This document shows, in pieces, positions 63,701-64,000 of a DNA stretch of 64,000 nucleotides (position 1 is its first letter; every line of letters starts with the position of its first letter). Both the position numbers and the translations under genes were made by a program. The stretch is taken from contig NC_086108.1 of the NCBI RefSeq assembly GCF_963921235.1, forward strand, positions 1,798,001 to 1,862,000. Reading direction: 5' to 3'. Origin of the DNA: Mobula hypostoma. Lineage: Eukaryota. Under the pieces are notes generated by a model. That model was not told where the DNA came from, ran no database searches, and saw only the letters and a program-made list of their open reading frames with translations.

Positions 63701-64000
63701 TTGTAAGTTTACACAACAGATAAACTGACAGCCAAGATTTCTGAGATGTACCTATGTAACCCAACAAAACGATTACTTTGCTCAGCCTTCAACTGGTCAC
63801 AAATTTTATGTAGACCAAGATTTCCCCAACAATCTTTTAATGCCGTGGACCCCCACCATTAACTGAGGGATCCATGGATGCCAGATTGAGAACCCCTGAT
63901 GTATATTAAAGTAGCAAGATTGATACAGTTTCTCCTGGCCTCCTCTACATCAATGAGACCCAACATAAATTGGGGGATTGCTTCACTGAGCAGAGAAGCA

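Noticed and set aside
60536..64000. Upstream CCDC61 exon or promoter
   Set aside because: No exon ending in the expected VEFDR-type motif and no CpG island seen; presumably outside the window.

Overview
Eukaryotic, repeat-rich vertebrate DNA. The repeat complement (CR1 LINEs, HE1-like V-SINE, Rex1/Babar, Penelope-like, RTE and Tc1 elements) suggests a cartilaginous fish, which is an inference. The only host gene I can support is CCDC61 (centrosomal SAS-6-family coiled-coil protein, VFL3 homologue) on the minus strand. Six internal coding exons (60383-60535, 32916-33132, 25257-25339, 14054-14325, 9118-9196, 2702-2838) have GT-AG boundaries and matching phases, giving 941 nt of continuous reading frame; the first and last exons lie outside the window. 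Nearly all other ORFs in the track are transposable-element fragments, often nested several levels deep. Most notable: (1) a near full-length but pseudogenised HERO/R4-type restriction-like-endonuclease retrotransposon with a highly structured, possibly pseudoknotted 3' UTR; (2) a 1.6-kb fold-back Tc1 element built from two inverted transposase 3' halves; (3) degenerate hammerhead (Penelope) and HDV-like (RTE) ribozyme motifs; (4) a candidate in-frame alternative terminal exon of CCDC61; (5) a young, stop-free CR1 insertion. No prokaryotic-type systems are present, and I cannot show that any of these is a previously undescribed system.
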